From contig CAYSGH010000016.1 of the NCBI GenBank assembly GCA_964430505.1, forward strand, positions 499 to 64,498: 64,000 nucleotides of DNA, given 5' to 3'. Of the stretch, positions 9,476-20,010 are shown in pieces; position 1 is the stretch's first letter, and every line of letters begins with the position of its first letter. The notes under the pieces were generated by a model. It was given only the letters and a program-made list of their open reading frames with translations. It was not told where the DNA came from and searched no databases. The position numbers were made by a program, and so were the translations under genes. The DNA comes from an uncultured Akkermansia sp. (GTDB lineage: Bacteria > Verrucomicrobiota > Verrucomicrobiia > Limisphaerales > UBA9464).

Positions 9476-10768
9476 ATGGAAACACACGCGCGAGGCAGCC
9501 GTTGCCCCCTCCTCACCGGACCGGCCATTACCACGGCGCTGTGCCTGGCATTGCTGCTCCTGAAGCCACGCCGCGCCCTTGCGCAGGGCCGGGTCGAGTA
9601 TCGCTACGAGGACTATCGCGAGGACGGCAACCGCATGGACGTCCAGACGCACACGGCGTGGTTCGAGTACGCGTTGCACGAGAAGGTCACCGCGCGCGGG
9701 TCGTTCACGCGCGACGCGCTGGCGGGGGCCACGCCCACCGGCGGCCCCGGTGAACCCGGTGGCCCCGGCTACGAGTGGGTCAACATGCGGGACTTGCGCA
9801 ACGCAGGCTTCGTCGAGGCGTCCATCCGGGCCGGGCGCACGCTGACGACCCCGCAGGTCGCCTACAGCGAGGAGAGCGACTACCAGTCCACGGGCCTGTC
9901 GTTGACGGAGACCATCGACTTCAACCAGCGCAACACCTCGTTGGTGCTCGGCGTGGCTCGGAACTCGGACTCCGTGAAGGGGCGCTTCCAGAGGACCTTC
10001 CGGCACAAGGGCACGTGGGACTGGCTCGTGGGCGTCAACCAGGTCCTAGGGCCCCGCACCTACGCCACCTTCAACGTCACGCTGGGCTACGCGGACGGAT
10101 ACCTCAGCGACCCCTACAAGGGCGTGAACGTGTTCTTCGACCTGCCCGGCGACGTGTTCGACGCCAACCCATGGTACGCGGTGGACCCGGAGAAGCGGCC
10201 GTCCAGCAAGTTCAAGCAGGTGGCGTTCGCCAGCATCAACCACCTCGTGCCCGCCGTGAACGGCGCGGTCGATGCCAGCTATCGTTTCCACCACGACAAC
10301 TGGGGCGTGATCGCCAACACCGTGCAGGTGGGCTGGGCGCAGAAGCTCGGCCAGCGCGTCACGGTCGCGCCCTTGTTCCGGTACCATCACCAGACGGCGG
10401 CGGACTTCTTCGTGGCGCGGGTGAACTCGGACCCCGCCTTCGCGGGGAGCCGCGTGGCCTTCGATTCCACCAACAACTTTGTCGGCCAGGAGGGCGTGGA
10501 CCCGGGGTTCGACCTCGCCCTCGCGGACCCGGCCAACTACCAAATCGTCTCCATTCCGGCCTACCCGGACCATTACTCGGCGGATTACCGGCTGAGCGAG
10601 CTCCAGTCGTTCACCTTCGGCGTCAGCGTGGCCGTGCAAGTCCATGAACGCGCGACGTTGGTGCTGGGTTATCGGCGCTATGACATGCAGGGGCTCGACC
10701 CTCGCATCTCGGCGGCGACGTACCCGGACGCCCACATCTACAGCGTGGGCCTCAGCGCCACCTTCTAG
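9476..10768 (+). CDS. DUF3570-family predicted outer-membrane beta-barrel protein
   Basis: ATG at 9476 inside ORF 9215..10768 gives the signal peptide METHARGSRCPLLTGPAITTALCLALLLLKPRRALAQG. The body alternates in beta-barrel style (RVEYRYEDYREDGNRMDVQTHTAWFEYAL...) and ends in an aromatic residue (...YSVGLSATF). The family call comes from recollection of DUF3570 sequences and its usual neighbourhood with DUF4266, ApbE and thioredoxin genes. Confidence 0.65.
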   Translation: METHARGSRCPLLTGPAITTALCLALLLLKPRRALAQGRVEYRYEDYREDGNRMDVQTHTAWFEYALHEKVTARGSFTRDALAGATPTGGPGEPGGPGYEWVNMRDLRNAGFVEASIRAGRTLTTPQVAYSEESDYQSTGLSLTETIDFNQRNTSLVLGVARNSDSVKGRFQRTFRHKGTWDWLVGVNQVLGPRTYATFNVTLGYADGYLSDPYKGVNVFFDLPGDVFDANPWYAVDPEKRPSSKFKQVAFASINHLVPAVNGAVDASYRFHHDNWGVIANTVQVGWAQKLGQRVTVAPLFRYHHQTAADFFVARVNSDPAFAGSRVAFDSTNNFVGQEGVDPGFDLALADPANYQIVSIPAYPDHYSADYRLSELQSFTFGVSVAVQVHERATLVLGYRRYDMQGLDPRISAATYPDAHIYSVGLSATF

Positions 10769-10774
10769 GCCCGC

Positions 10775-11794
10775 ATGTCCCCTGCCCTTCCCAGCACGAG
10801 TCCCAGCCTCGGAGTTGCCCGGCCCGTCCCGGTGGACGCCGTGCGCACCCGGATTCTGGAGGGGGCGCGCCTGGGCAAAGGGCCCGGTTCCAACGAGTTG
10901 GCGTTCGCCGCCATGGGCACCCGTTGCCGGGTTTCGTTCGCCACGCCCTCGCCCGAGCCCGTGGCCCACGCCGTCATCGATTGGGTGGCCGCGTTCGAGG
11001 CACGATACAGCCGGTACCTGCCGGAGAGTTGGGTCTCCCAGGTCAACGCGGAGGCCGGGGGACACTGGATGCCCATGGATGCGGAGGCGGAGGCCTTGAT
11101 GCGCTTGTGCGGGCAGTTGGCCTACCTAACCCATGGGGCCTTGGATGCCACCGCGCTGCCCGTGGTCCAACTGTGGGATTGGAAGGTCGGCCGCGTGCCG
11201 TCCGATGCGGAGGTGGAGCACGCGCGGACGTTGGTGGGCTGGAAGAACGTCCAGTTCGCGCCGGGCAAGGTCCGGCTCCCCAAGCCCGGGATGGCGATCG
11301 ACCTCGGCGGCGTGGGCAAGGAATACGCCGTGGACCAAGTCATCCTCCTGCTGGCGCGGATGGGAGTCTCGTCGGCGTTGGTGGACTTTGGGGCGGACAT
11401 CCGGGTGTTGGGCCTGCCGGCGGATGGGCGGCCAGCGTGGAAGATCGGGCTGGAGGACCCGCGCAAGCCGGGCACGCCGTGGACGCACGTGGTGGTTCGG
11501 GACGGCGCGGTGGCGTCGTCGGGCGCCTACCTCCGCGGCTTTGAGTCCAGCGGCCGGCGATATGGCCACATCGTGGATCCGCGCACGGGACGGCCGTCGG
11601 CAAGCGACGTCTTGGCGGCGAGCGTGATGGCCCCGAGTTGCACGCAGGCGGGCATGTTGAGCACGGCGTTGTGCGTCCTGGGGTCGGACGCCGGGCGCCG
11701 CCTGCTGCTCGCCACTTCGGGGGTTGAGGGATGCATGGTTCTAGGCAATGGGTTCGTGGGCAGCGCAAGATTTCATGAATACGTCACGACGTAG
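10775..11794 (+). CDS. apbE: FAD:protein FMN transferase (ApbE family)
   Basis: 339 aa. AMGTRCRVSF..., ALDATALPVVQLWDWK, and AIDLGGVGKEYAVDQV (the ApbE GGIAKGYA-type motif). Starts 6 nt after the DUF3570 stop. Confidence 0.85.
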   Translation: MSPALPSTSPSLGVARPVPVDAVRTRILEGARLGKGPGSNELAFAAMGTRCRVSFATPSPEPVAHAVIDWVAAFEARYSRYLPESWVSQVNAEAGGHWMPMDAEAEALMRLCGQLAYLTHGALDATALPVVQLWDWKVGRVPSDAEVEHARTLVGWKNVQFAPGKVRLPKPGMAIDLGGVGKEYAVDQVILLLARMGVSSALVDFGADIRVLGLPADGRPAWKIGLEDPRKPGTPWTHVVVRDGAVASSGAYLRGFESSGRRYGHIVDPRTGRPSASDVLAASVMAPSCTQAGMLSTALCVLGSDAGRRLLLATSGVEGCMVLGNGFVGSARFHEYVTT

Positions 11795-12284
11795 CTTCGG
11801 GCTCCGGCTGCTGGCCGGGGCGTGGTGGGCGGCCTGGGCCCCGGCGTTTGCGGCGGGCCTGATCCAGGCCGGCGCGGACTTCCCGGACCTGTCCAAGGCC
11901 GGGCTGGAAGGCACGCTGCCGGACCTCAAGGGCAAGGTCGTGGTGGTGGACTTCTGGGCGAGCTGGTGCACGCCCTGCAAGAAGGCCATGCCCATGTACG
12001 CCGAACTGCACAAGGACTACGCGGGCAAGGACGTCGTCATCCTGGCCATCAGCCTCGACGAGGAGCGCAAGGCGTATGATGCGTTCCTCAAGAAGAACAG
12101 CCTCCCGTTCGCCGTCGCGCGCGACCCCAAGGGCAAGCTCGCCGAGACGGTGGGCGTGCAGGAGATGCCCACGTCGTTCGTCCTCGGCAAGGATGGCAAG
12201 GTGGCTTCCGTGCACAGCGGGTCGCTGGGCGACAAGGCCAAGGCGAAGCTTTCGGCGGAGATCGAGGGGTTGTTGAAGAAGTAG
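11775..12284 (+). CDS. TlpA-family periplasmic thiol:disulfide oxidoreductase
   Basis: ATG at 11775 (MNTSRRSFGLRLLAGAWWAAWAPAFAAG, a signal peptide) inside ORF 11748..12284. Thioredoxin fold with VVVDFWASWCTPCKKAMP (CxxC). Overlaps the apbE 3' end by 20 nt. Confidence 0.8.
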   Translation: MNTSRRSFGLRLLAGAWWAAWAPAFAAGLIQAGADFPDLSKAGLEGTLPDLKGKVVVVDFWASWCTPCKKAMPMYAELHKDYAGKDVVILAISLDEERKAYDAFLKKNSLPFAVARDPKGKLAETVGVQEMPTSFVLGKDGKVASVHSGSLGDKAKAKLSAEIEGLLKK

Positions 12285-12307
12285 GCGGGGCGGCGAAGGA
12301 GGGATCA

Positions 12308-12541
12308 ATGAAGGCAAGACTCGTGGGTTGGGCGGGGAAATGGGCCGGGTTGTTGGCGCTGGCGGCCTGGGCTGCGGGGTGCCAGGCGGTGAAGCCATGG
12401 CAAAGGGGACAGTTGTCCAACCCATTGATCCAGCCTGATCGCGACCCGTTGGGGCTGGCCTTGGCGGAGCATGTGTTCTTCTCGCGGGAGGCCGCCATGG
12501 GCGGCCGCGGCGTGGGCGGCGGCGGTTGCGGGTGCAACTGA
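12308..12541 (+). CDS. DUF4266-family small lipoprotein
   Basis: 77 aa. Lipobox LLALAAWAAGC (Cys25). PWQRGQLSNPLIQPDRDPL...EHVFFSREAAMGG and the terminal GGGGCGCN tail match my recollection of DUF4266 proteins. Confidence 0.65.
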   Translation: MKARLVGWAGKWAGLLALAAWAAGCQAVKPWQRGQLSNPLIQPDRDPLGLALAEHVFFSREAAMGGRGVGGGGCGCN

Positions 12542-12593
12542 GGGCTCGGGAAGGCGTCGGTTGAACAACGTGTTGGGAGACAAAGGACGGATC

Positions 12594-13781
12594 ATGAATG
12601 CAAAGAAATTGCCGGCATTGGTGGCGGCATTGTTCCTTCAGTTCGCGCCGCTGCTGCGGACGGTGGAGCCGGCGATGCTCGGCGTGTTGCAGCCCGTGTT
12701 CGTGTTGCTGCGCTGGGCCTCGGCGGCGGCCGCCGTCGCCGGCGGCGCACACGGCTTGTCCGGGGCAACCGGCCTTGCAACGTCTGCGGGAGTGCGCGGC
12801 ACCAACGGCGCAAGCCTCAGCTACCGCGTGCAGATCACCAGCGATGCCCACGGCACCGCAAAGTCCTACTCCGCCATCGGCTTGCCACCGGGCGTCTTGG
12901 TGGCCAGCTCCACGGGCGGCATCATTTCCGGAACGCCCTCGTCATCGGGAACCTTCGCCGCCCGCGTGACGGGATGGGAGTTTTCCAATCGAACGGGCGA
13001 CTCCTACACCGCCACCGTCACGTTCACCATCGTGGATGGCGCCCCGGTGATCTCGGCGCAACCCGCTCCCGTCACCGTGACGGAGGGCGGCACGGCGACG
13101 TTCTCCGTCACGGCCACGGGTTCCGCGCTGACCTATCGTTGGCTGCGCGACGGCCTCGAGCTTTCCGGCGCGACCAACGCCAGCCTGACCTTGAACCCGG
13201 TGAAGCTGACGGATGCCGGCCAGTATCGGGTGCGCGTGCAGAACTCCGGAGGCTCCTTGTTGAGCGCCGAGGCTCTGCTGACCGTGAACCCGATCATCGT
13301 GCCGCCCGTGTTCTCAACCTCGCCTGTCGGGAAGACCGTCCATCCCGGCGAATCCCTGACACTGACGGCCGTTGCAATCGTGCCGACCCCGGGGGTGACG
13401 CCCACGTACTCGTGGACGCGGGAGGGCTCGCCCGTGGACGGCACCGGTGAAACCCTCGTGCTCAACGCAGTCACCGCGAGCCAAGCGGGCCAGTATCGCG
13501 CCATTGCCACTGCCCATGGCCTCTCGTCCACGTCGGCTCCCGCCGCCGTCGTCGTGGTGGGCGACCTTCGCCTGTCGCCACCCAACCTTTTCGGCACCGT
13601 CGCCATGATGGGGACCGAAGCCATCCCGGGCAGGCGCTACATCCTCGAGCGTTCCGGCGACCCTGCCGCCACGACGTGGACCCTCGTCTCGGATCAGGTG
13701 TCGTCCGGCGGGTCCGTAAGTTGGTCCGACACGTCGCCGCCGCCCGACGCGGGTTTGTATCGGGTGCGGGTCCTCCCCTAG
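12594..13781 (+). CDS. secreted immunoglobulin I-set repeat protein
   Basis: ATG at 12594 (MNAKKLPALVAALFLQF...) inside ORF 12471..13781. A putative cadherin/Ig-like segment (YSAIGLPPGVLVASSTGGIISGTPSSSG), then two I-set domains (PVTVTEGGTATFSVTATGSALTYRWLRDG...DAGQYRVRVQN; VHPGESLTLTAV...QAGQYRAIAT), then a C-terminal module IPGRRYILERSGD...LYRVRVLP. Confidence 0.7.
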   Translation: MNAKKLPALVAALFLQFAPLLRTVEPAMLGVLQPVFVLLRWASAAAAVAGGAHGLSGATGLATSAGVRGTNGASLSYRVQITSDAHGTAKSYSAIGLPPGVLVASSTGGIISGTPSSSGTFAARVTGWEFSNRTGDSYTATVTFTIVDGAPVISAQPAPVTVTEGGTATFSVTATGSALTYRWLRDGLELSGATNASLTLNPVKLTDAGQYRVRVQNSGGSLLSAEALLTVNPIIVPPVFSTSPVGKTVHPGESLTLTAVAIVPTPGVTPTYSWTREGSPVDGTGETLVLNAVTASQAGQYRAIATAHGLSSTSAPAAVVVVGDLRLSPPNLFGTVAMMGTEAIPGRRYILERSGDPAATTWTLVSDQVSSGGSVSWSDTSPPPDAGLYRVRVLP

Positions 13782-13849
13782 CCCGTAGCGCCGCTGGTTT
13801 TCGTGGCGGCCCGCGGACGGCCATCGCCGCCGCGCAGGACGACGAGCCT

Positions 13850-15196
13850 CTACACCTGCTCGAAGTAGCGGGCCTTCTCCCAGTCGGTCACGGCCGACCC
13901 GAACGCGTCGCATTCCAGGCGTGCGTGGCGGACGAGGAACTCGACGACCGGATCCCCCAGGGTGCGCCGCGCGAGGCTGGATCCCTCGAGGAGCGACGCG
14001 GCCTCGGCGAGGCTCGACGGAAGGCGCGCGAGGGCGGGATCGACGTAGGCATTGCCCGGGTAGGGCGCGCCGCAGTCCAGGCCCTCCTCGATCCCGGCCA
14101 TTCCGGCCGCAAGCATGGCGGCGAAGGCAAGGTACACGTTGGCGTCGGCGCCCGGCATGCGGTTCTCGATCCGGAACGACTTGCCGTGGCCCACGATGCG
14201 GAACCCGCACGTGCGGTTGTCCGTGGACCAAGCCATGCGCGTGGGCGCCCAGCTTCCCGCCTGGTAGCGCTTGTAGCTGTTGATCGTCGGCGCAAAGAGC
14301 AGGCACAGCTCCGGGCAATACCGCAGCAACCCGCCGAGGAAGGCGCGGAACAAGGGCGAGCCCGCCCGGGCGGATTCGTCCCAGAAGGCCGGGCGCCCGT
14401 CCTTCCACAGGCTCATGTGCAGGTGGCAGGAGTTGCCGGCCTCGGAGGGCGCGTACTTGGCCATGAACGTGACGCTCTTGCCATGCTGGGAGGCGAGCTC
14501 GCGGACGCCCTGCTTGAAGAGGACGTGCATGTCGGACATGGCGAGCGGCTCGTCATGCGTGAAGTTGATCTCGTGCTGGCCCCGGCTCCACTCGCCCTTG
14601 CTGCTCTCCACCGGCACGCGCGCGACGGCCATTTGGTTGCGGATGGCGCGCATGAGCGGCTCGTCCCTGCCCGGCTGCATGAGGTGGTAGTCGATCCGGT
14701 AGTCGCTGGACGGACGCAGGTCCCGGTAACCGGCCGCGAAGGCCTCGTGGTAGGTCTGGTTGAACAGGTAGAACTCCAGTTCGCTGGCGCACTCGCAGTG
14801 CCATCCGAGCGCCTTCAGGCGGTCGAGCTGGCGGCGGAGCACGGACCGGGGAGCCTCCGCCACGAGGGACCCGTCCTCGCGCACGTAGTCGCACAGGACC
14901 AGCGCCGTGCCCGGATGCCACGGGATCTCCCGGAGCGTGGACAGGTCGGGCTGCATGACGAAGTCGCCGAAGCCGGCATCCCAGTTTGCGACCTTGAACC
15001 CGTCCAGAGGGTCCATGTCCATGTTGACCGTCAGCAGGTAGTTGCAGCCGTGCGTCCCGTGCGACACCACGCTGTCCAAAAAGAACCCGGCGCGGAAACG
15101 CTTCCCAACCAGCCGTCCGAACGGGTCCGGGAACCCAACCATGACGGTGTCGATGCGGCCGTCGGCGACGGCCTTTGCGAGGGCTTCGAGATTCAT
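13850..15196 (-). CDS. glutamine synthetase family protein (gamma-glutamyl-amine ligase, PuuA/GlnA3-like)
   Basis: ATG at 15196 (MNLEALAKAVADGRIDTVMVGFPDPFGRLVGKRF...) inside ORF 13850..15568, 448 aa. GS catalytic-domain motifs: NSCHLHMSLW, NSYKRYQAGSWAP, FRIENRMPGADANVYLA. Confidence 0.85.
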   Translation of the reverse strand: MNLEALAKAVADGRIDTVMVGFPDPFGRLVGKRFRAGFFLDSVVSHGTHGCNYLLTVNMDMDPLDGFKVANWDAGFGDFVMQPDLSTLREIPWHPGTALVLCDYVREDGSLVAEAPRSVLRRQLDRLKALGWHCECASELEFYLFNQTYHEAFAAGYRDLRPSSDYRIDYHLMQPGRDEPLMRAIRNQMAVARVPVESSKGEWSRGQHEINFTHDEPLAMSDMHVLFKQGVRELASQHGKSVTFMAKYAPSEAGNSCHLHMSLWKDGRPAFWDESARAGSPLFRAFLGGLLRYCPELCLLFAPTINSYKRYQAGSWAPTRMAWSTDNRTCGFRIVGHGKSFRIENRMPGADANVYLAFAAMLAAGMAGIEEGLDCGAPYPGNAYVDPALARLPSSLAEAASLLEGSSLARRTLGDPVVEFLVRHARLECDAFGSAVTDWEKARYFEQV

Positions 15197-15261
15197 GCGG
15201 GGATCCGTTCCTTGGGACTCGTCGTGAAGGGGTGGCGCGGCCGGTCGATGGCGTCGGGCCT

Positions 15262-16692
15262 CTACGCGTTGACGTACACGTTCTTCGTCTCCGTGTAGCC
15301 CTCCATGGCGGCCATGCCGAGGTCGCGCCCGAGGCCCGAGGTCTTGAACCCTCCGAAGGGGGCCTCCACGTGGACGGAGTTGTGGCAGTTGACGCTCAGA
15401 ACGCCGCTCTCGACGGCGCGGCACACGCGCAGGGCGCGGGAAAGGTCGCGCGTCCAGACGGACCCGCTCAGCCCATAGGGCGAGTCGTTGACCTCGCGGA
15501 GCATCGCGGCCTCGTCGTCGAACGGCACGATGGCCACCACGGGCCCGAAGATCTCCTCGCGCCAGCAACGGTCCTCCTTGCCGACGCCCAGCAGGACGGC
15601 GGGCTCCAGGTAGTAGCCGAGATCCTTCACGCGGCCGCCACCACAGGCGAACGTCGTGCCCCGGGACCGCGCATCCGCCAAGTAGGCCTCCACGACGTCG
15701 CGTTGCGCCGCCGAGGCCATGGGCCCGAGCTGCGTGGATTCGAGCGCGGGGTCATCGACCACCAGGCGGCGCGTGGCCGCCACAAAGCGCTCGACGAACC
15801 GGTCGAACACCGAACGCTCGACGAACATCCGGCTCCGGGCGCAGCAATCCTGGCCCGTGTTGGCGAACACGCTCATCGGCGACGCGTCCGCCGCCCGTTC
15901 CCAGTCGGCGTCGGCAAACACGATGTTCGGGCTCTTGCCGCCCAGCTCGAGGGAGACGCGCGTCAGGTTGCCCGCCGCCAGCCGCATGATGTGGCGCCCC
16001 ACCTCGGTCGAGCCGGTGAAGGACACCTTGCGGACCTTGCCATGGGTGACGAGGGCGTCGCCGACGACGGACCCGCTGCCCGGCAGGACCTGGAGGACGC
16101 CGGGCGGCAGGCCCGCCGCCGTGGCGATCTCCGCCATGCGAAGCGCGGTCAGCGGCGAGATGCTGGCCGGCTTCAACACCACCGCGTTGCCTGCCGCCAG
16201 CGCCGGCGCGGCCTTCCATGCCGCGATGGGCAGCGGGAAGTTCCACGGCACGATGGCCGCCACCACGCCCATGGGCTGCTTCAACGTGAAGTCAAACCCG
16301 CCGCGTCCCACCGGCAGGGTTTGCCCCCCGAACTGGGAAATCGCCCCGGCGTAATACTCGAAGACGCGCGCCGCCAGGCCGGCCTCGTCCCGCGCGTCCG
16401 CGATGGGCTTGCCCACCTGCAATTGCTCCAGCTTCCCCAGCTCGTCCACGTGCGCCCGCAGCGCCCGCGACACGTTGTACAACACCTCTGCCCGACGCCC
16501 CGGCGCGAGGTCGCGCCACCCGGATTCCCAGGCCGACTGCGCCAAGGCCACGGCCGCCTCGACGTCCGCCACGGCCGCCGCCGACACGTGCGCCAGAACC
16601 TCCTCCGTCGCGGGATTGACCAGGGGCGTCCGCCGCCCGCCCGTTGCCTCGCGCCAACCGCCATCCAAGAACAGCTCCGTGGGAATCTTCAT
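15262..16692 (-). CDS. NAD(P)-dependent aldehyde dehydrogenase
   Basis: 476 aa. Motifs: VAAIVPWNFPL, SLELGGKSPNIVFADAD, FANTGQDCCARSR (catalytic Cys) and EEIFGPV. Confidence 0.9.
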   Translation of the reverse strand: MKIPTELFLDGGWREATGGRRTPLVNPATEEVLAHVSAAAVADVEAAVALAQSAWESGWRDLAPGRRAEVLYNVSRALRAHVDELGKLEQLQVGKPIADARDEAGLAARVFEYYAGAISQFGGQTLPVGRGGFDFTLKQPMGVVAAIVPWNFPLPIAAWKAAPALAAGNAVVLKPASISPLTALRMAEIATAAGLPPGVLQVLPGSGSVVGDALVTHGKVRKVSFTGSTEVGRHIMRLAAGNLTRVSLELGGKSPNIVFADADWERAADASPMSVFANTGQDCCARSRMFVERSVFDRFVERFVAATRRLVVDDPALESTQLGPMASAAQRDVVEAYLADARSRGTTFACGGGRVKDLGYYLEPAVLLGVGKEDRCWREEIFGPVVAIVPFDDEAAMLREVNDSPYGLSGSVWTRDLSRALRVCRAVESGVLSVNCHNSVHVEAPFGGFKTSGLGRDLGMAAMEGYTETKNVYVNA

Positions 16693-16910
16693 CGCTTCGT
16701 GACGGTCATGTTAGGGAACGAGGCCATCGCCGGGACAGCACCGAGTTGAGGGCGGCCGTCGCCAGATCACGACTCATGGGAAGTCGCGGCCCCGCAGATG
16801 CACGCCGATGAAGAGCCATGCCGAGGGGCAGGTCAGCCCCCCGTTCGCGTCGATACCTGCGTCCCGTGGCCCGTGCACGCCGTGGAGCGGGGTTGCTGCG
16901 ACGACGCCCG

Positions 16911-17366
16911 TCAGCTCCTCCCCGAGGCTTCGAGTGGATTCCACACGCGACGGAAGCCGAGACCGACGAAGTCCCTGACGTTGACGGTCGCGAGCTCCGT
17001 GACCCCGTGGTGGATCAAGGTCAGGGCGGTGCGGGCATCGTAGAGCCTTCGGAACGCGAAGTCCGTGGAACGCGCCTTGTGCCAGAGGGCGTCATGCAGG
17101 GATCGGCTTTCCGTCGGGAACCCGATGAGACGCCATCTCGGATGGCTTCGGTAGGCTTGGACGACTTCTACGGCGTCCCCTGCCGACAGCGGATGCTGGA
17201 TGACGACCGGGTTGCGGAGCAGGCCGTAGAACTCCGCCAGGACGAACTCGGAGATGGCGACGGCCTCCTCCTTGGCGATGGACGTCAACCATCGACGGGC
17301 CGCCACGTGCTGGGGCGAATCCTTGTTGAGGGCGTGAAGGAGGAGGTTGGCGTCGATGGACAACAT
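16911..17366 (-). CDS. vapC: PIN-domain toxin (VapC-like) of a type II toxin-antitoxin pair
   Basis: Last 151 codons of ORF 16911..18197, from the ATG at 17366 (MLSIDANLLLHALNKDSPQH...). Acidic PIN residues are in the usual context (IDAN, SEFVLAEFY, DARTALTLIHHGV.ELATVNVRDF). Confidence 0.8.
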   Translation of the reverse strand: MLSIDANLLLHALNKDSPQHVAARRWLTSIAKEEAVAISEFVLAEFYGLLRNPVVIQHPLSAGDAVEVVQAYRSHPRWRLIGFPTESRSLHDALWHKARSTDFAFRRLYDARTALTLIHHGVTELATVNVRDFVGLGFRRVWNPLEASGRS

Positions 17367-17370
17367 GCCG

Positions 17371-17640
17371 TCATCGTCCCTTCTTCCGACGCGTCGCCTC
17401 ATCCACGCGGGTCCGTTGGGCCTCGGCCTTGATCTCCTCGTCGGAAAGCCCCATCCAGCCAAGGCTTCGCGGCGTCGGCGGAAGCCATTCACGACCCATG
17501 TCCGCGTCGGTCGCATAGACGCCGAGGATGTATTCGATGCCCCGCCGCGCGAGCTCGGCGAGCGGGATCTCCCGGGCCTCGCAGACCTTCTTGGCACGGG
17601 CATACACCTCGTCGGGCAACTGGATCTGCGTGCGAACCAT
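17371..17640 (-). CDS. vapB: ribbon-helix-helix antitoxin (VapB-like)
   Basis: Last 89 codons of ORF 17371..19836, from the ATG at 17640 (MVRTQIQLPDEVYARAKKVCEAREIPLAELARRGIEYIL, an RHH fold pattern). The stop lies 4 nt upstream of the vapC ATG. Confidence 0.7.
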   Translation of the reverse strand: MVRTQIQLPDEVYARAKKVCEAREIPLAELARRGIEYILGVYATDADMGREWLPPTPRSLGWMGLSDEEIKAEAQRTRVDEATRRKKGR

Positions 17641-17895
17641 GCCATCACTTTGATGGCGCCGTTGGATGCCGTCAACGCGGCGGCAAACATCCGGGGAAGG
17701 CTCCCGTGAAACCACAACGGCAGAACGGGCCGACGCCCGGTTCCCTCGACCACAGGGTTTCCATTGCTCCCGTTGAGAGCCCCAACCCAAGACTCCGGCC
17801 CATGCCCTGAAAGGCTGCCTCTCCCGGAGGCCCGGAGCCCCCCGCTCCCCGAACGCGCCCTCGCGTCCGGCGCGTCCGTCGATAACCTGTCGGCG

Positions 17896-19980
<2,085 letters not shown>

Positions 19981-20010
19981 GGCGGCCCCGCATGCGCGTG
20001 GGCGCCGGTG

